From: Callorhinchus milii
Taxonomy: Eukaryota
Direction: 5' to 3'
DNA: 64,000 nucleotides
Assembly: GCF_018977255.1 (NCBI RefSeq)
Contig: NW_024704742.1
Location: 128,962,001 to 129,026,000 of the forward strand
This document shows positions 1-64,000 of this stretch, piece after piece; positions within the stretch are counted from its first letter, which is position 1, and every line of letters begins with the position of its first letter. Made by a program: the position numbers and the translations under genes. The notes beneath the pieces were generated by a model. It was not told the DNA's origin and did not search any database. It saw only the letters and a program-made list of their open reading frames with translations.

Positions 1-189
1 GTGGGAGAGAGAGCGCCCATCGGCGCCTCTCCGGGAATAAAGGGCCTTGGAGGGAGGGAGAGAGAGTGATGGGGGGGGGGTTGGGGGAGAGAGAGAGACA
101 AAAAAGGGTTTCTTATCTTTTTTTTTAGGAGGCAACTCGTTGAGAAATTATTTTGCTACATACGCACCTTATTCGCTGCAGATCAGAGC

Positions 190-301
190 TGGGGAGGGGG
201 TGGGGTGGTGGGGGGAGTGGGGGGTTGTGTATGTGTTGGGGTTGGTGAGGGGGGGGGTTGTGTATGTGTTGGGGTTGGTGGGGGGGGGGGGGGGTGGGGG
301 G
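190..301 (+). repeat. G-rich low-complexity tract with a duplicated unit (G-quadruplex-prone)
   Basis: gggggttgtgtatgtgttggggttggtg occurs twice, plus many G>=4 runs. Confidence 0.75.
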
Positions 302-479
302 CTGTTAGTTAAATTATCTCACGTTTTGCTTTCTTTTTCTGTGTGTGGTTTTCAAGTCGTTGATTGTTTTATTCAGTTCCCGTTCAAAATGTACTTTTAA
401 ACCCAGCGGAAAAAAACCATCTCTTTCGTTACAACTATCTGTTGAACTGTGGCCCATATATACATCATTCAGACCCAAA

Positions 480-487
480 GAGAGAGG

Positions 488-521
<34 letters not shown>
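480..521. repeat. (GA)n microsatellite
   Basis: gagagagggaggagagagag... run. Confidence 0.9.
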
Positions 522-522
<1 letters not shown>

Positions 523-1851
523 AATGACTGATATAAATTTTAGGTCGAAGTCTTGGAGATTGATTGGGGGGGAAATTACTGAAACCTTTGCACTTTTGAT
601 TCTGAACCCGTTTTTTTTTGGTGTGTGGTAAAAAAAAAAGATAAAACCAGGCACTGCGCTACACGCACCAAATACGAAACCCAGAACTACAACGCACGGT
701 TTGGAAAAGTCGTGTGTAACTTATTCTCTTAAGTCTTAACACTCTGGCATTGCAAACTGGCGAGGAAGTTAGTTAATGAGTGTCGTCTTGAAAATTCCCT
801 GTCGGATCTTGACACCACGTTTAACTGCTTTGGCGGTGTCAGCGCTAAATGAAGCTCCAATGAGAGAAATTAACAAAGAAATCGGAGCTCAATGCGCATG
901 GGTTAAGACCCAGACTTTGCGTATATTATATCGCAAGAGATACGCCTGGTTGCAGAGTACATTAATTCCCCTTAACTTCTACACAATGACTTATCATTTC
1001 CTTGAGCTGATTTTGCAACTTGACATTTATTTCCAAGTCGTTGAACCAAAACGTTTTACTACTACTGGTTTTATTCCTTTTTTTATATATATTTTTTATT
1101 TTTAAAAAGGGGGGAAAAACAAGGGGACTTCCTGACTTCACGACGCTTTAGGAAACTTGTAGCACTTTCCTGGGGCAAACCGGGAAAAAAAAGAGCAAAT
1201 GAACAGTCACTGCACTTTGACACCAATTGTTCGAGAAGCCCTTTGAGACCTTTCGATGTTTCAGGCGCTGATTTAATTAAACGCAAGAATTAATATAGTT
1301 CATGTAATAAGCAATGCATCACCTGAATCTGGGTAACAAAGTGACAGTCAGTCAGCCCCTAAATGACTATTCGATGCGCAATAATAATAATAATAATCCT
1401 TGCATTTGTTATAGTGCCTTATCTCGTTTTGAGACTTCTCAAAGCGTTTCACATAATTTACTGTAAAGTATTAGTGACTGTATATTTTGTGGGCGAATAT
1501 ATCCTTGCATTTGACATGGTACTTTTATTGTATACCTGTTTGGCACAAACGGTTTAATATTTGTAGTTAAAAGGGTTTGATTTTATTTGTTTTAAAAATA
1601 ATAATTCAAAATTCAACCCTTTTATCTAAAGAGTGGATTTGCTCTATGTTTGAGAGAAAGAAATAGTCACCTTTTGGGTAAGAGTCAAGTGGGGAAGTGT
1701 GTGTGTTTGTGTGTGGGGGGGGTGGGGGGGTGGAGACGGGACGTAGAAAAGCATATTAATCTGAATTAAAGGTGTTGATTTCTGTACGAAGTGGCTTTTA
1801 ATTTATCAAAATGTCTCTCCCTTCCCTCCTCTCCTCCCCCACCACCCCCAG

Positions 1852-61922
<60,071 letters not shown>

Positions 61923-62006
61923 AGGAAAAATCAGTATGTGAGTTGCCTGCACAGTATTATACTGCAGAGCAGTGATTGTTAAAGCTACAGTTTTATTTGT
62001 TCCAAA

Positions 62007-62305
62007 AATAAACTTTGGCTATGTTGATTTCTGGAGAACAGATCTTATGCAAAATATCAGTAGCATAGAAGTATTCCGGGTATGTTTTATACCTGAGCAA
62101 AGCTGCAAAATATGTCATTTTTATTAAGATCTTTTTCTTCTAAGTGAATACTTTTCAACAATAAACCCTTATTTTTTGTGCTTTCTATATTAAGATTTAT
62201 ATAATGTGTTTGAGAAGATATGTAAATATATTTTCCCCTTCTACAAGCTGTATATACTGTGTATCAAGATATTGCTAAATATTTTGTTCAAATAAACCCA
62301 ATAAA
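62007..62305 (+). terminator. Cluster of candidate polyadenylation signals in the npr2 3' UTR
   Basis: AATAAA at 62007, 62160, 62291 and 62300 in AT-rich sequence after the stop codon; the site actually used is unknown. Confidence 0.55.
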
Positions 62306-62417
62306 AACCTGCCTGATCATCATTTCATTTAAGTGCTAGGTATACCTATATGCAAAACACAGTCAATCCACTCTACAATATATTCTGTGAGGCACTTTGA
62401 GACGTCTCAATGACACG

Positions 62418-62637
62418 ATAATAATAATAATAATAATAATCCTTGCATTTGATATAGCGCTTTTCACGTCGGGAGGACGTCCCAAAGCGCTTCACAGAAC
62501 ACACTGTAAAGTGAATTGACTGTATATTTGTGGGCGAACGCGGCAGCCAATTGTGCACAGCAATGTCCCATAAACAGTCGTAGATTGAAAATGACCAATT
62601 TATTATTGTTTTTGGTTTTGGAGGGATTATTATTATC
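62418..62637 (-). mobile_element. 5'-truncated young SINE inserted tail-to-tail into an older + strand SINE fragment (62355-62420)
   Basis: Reverse complement near-identical to the 3' two-thirds of 11851-12186. Confidence 0.88.
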
Positions 62638-64000
62638 TTTTTAGACAAAGTATTTTAGACAAAGTATAACTACACTTTGTCTAAAATACTCTGAATTATA
62701 GCTAAAGTGAACATGTTTTGGCAATAGAGTAGGTCAGATATGGTTAACAGCTAACACTATGAAGCCATGAAAATAGTACAAAGTACACCATGTTCTAAAA
62801 TCTAGTGATTGTCCCCCTTGGGGGGGAAATGGGAGTTTTGGAACTAAAATGGCTCCAAAGGTGACATATTTAGCAACAGAATGTGGGATTTGAGTTAACT
62901 CTTTGTGGTGGTCTTGGTCAGCGGGTTCCTGAGCCAGACAGTTCTGGCGTACTCAGAGGACACTGCTGATGATGGACCAGCCAGTCTGGCTCATTGGTAG
63001 GACTTCAATGGACAGACCAGTCACTGGGAGCAGGAATGCTTCCCATTCAGCTCCTGTTAATCTTGCAAGCCAAAGCCCTAATCAAACTTTTTCATGAAAT
63101 GTAAATGAAAACTCTGAATGTTGGAAATCTGAAATCAAGAAGAGGAAATGCTGGATATACCCCGGTTCGATCCGATAGTGGAAAATAAAAGATTAGGTTA
63201 ACATCTTTAGTTCTAAACATGAACCTGTCGGTGTATTTCAGAAGAAACCTCACAAACCAATTCTCTTATACAACACACAAACATAGACACATAGGAATGT
63301 ACAGCAGCACTAAAGATCATTGGCAAGACTCCAATTTAGATACAACAAATAATAAGTTATTCCTTCACAATTTCATCTCCCATACTGATTTATTTGACAA
63401 ATATTTCTCTACTTTCTATTTGACCTATTGACACGGTCTGCCTCTCTGTTTCCATTCATTCGTTATTCCACATTTTCGCTCCTTGCTGGGAACACATTGA
63501 GTTATTCCTACAAGCTCATATTGTGCTGGTGATAATGGAAGGAACGGTAAGGAAAGTGCACTTAAAGCCTTTCCTTCTTTATCCTTGCAATGACAAATTT
63601 GTATCATAAAACACACAAACACATTCTCTCCCAGACTTCAGGACAATGGTTATTTCCTCAGCTTTCTCACAATCAATTTGGCCACCATGTTTTTCTTCTA
63701 TTTTATGCTAAAGATAATTATTTTAAAATTTGGGATCAGACGTCCCTTAATAATAACAACAATAATACACTTGCATTTAATATAGCACGCTTCACATTGG
63801 GAGGATAGTTCAAAGTTTCACAAGATTTTAGGGCAAAGTGTAGTGACAGTGCACAATATGTATTTTGTAGGTGAACACTGATTCCTTTCATAAGTAGAAT
63901 TGCAATCTGTCTAGATTGTTTTTCCGTTACATCTAGTGTCCATTTAATAAAATTGGAACAGGAGGAGGCCATTCAAACCATCAAACCTATTCCACTAGTT

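Noticed and set aside
47..654. Short ORFs at the window start as npr2 exon 1 or small genes
   Set aside because: Low-complexity translations of G-rich and (GA)n tracts, with no signal peptide or receptor-domain similarity
61934..61943. Donor-like gtatgt/gtgagt just after the stop codon (3' UTR intron)
   Set aside because: Cannot be supported without transcripts; nearby AATAAA signals explain a simple terminal exon

Overview
This is a vertebrate genomic window, not a prokaryotic one. The repeat content (tRNA-derived CORE/Deu SINEs, L2, CR1, Penelope) points to a cartilaginous fish, possibly a chimaera; that assignment is inference. The window is almost entirely one + strand gene, npr2 (natriuretic peptide receptor B / guanylyl cyclase B). 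I traced 21 coding exons (exons 2-22 by human numbering, 1852-61922). All have GT-AG boundaries and splice into one open frame of 2477 nt. The frame covers the extracellular domain, TM helix, phospho-regulated kinase-homology domain, dimerization helix and cyclase domain. Exon 1 appears to lie upstream of the window. Introns are filled with retroelements, and nearly all long ORFs in the track are decayed LINE fragments or noise. The most notable extras are: (i) a Penelope-like element with inverted termini carrying minimal hammerhead-ribozyme motifs and a GIY-YIG remnant, in a SINE>Penelope>L2 nest; (ii) a composite SINE family seen in three structural stages, including an apparent tail swap to a young L2; (iii) unusual substitutions in conserved NPR2 motifs (GSSYG->GSSYC, LKRG->LKWG); (iv) an intronic copy of the exon-18 donor, a long foldback element and several local duplications. 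I see no convincing wholly new multi-gene system.
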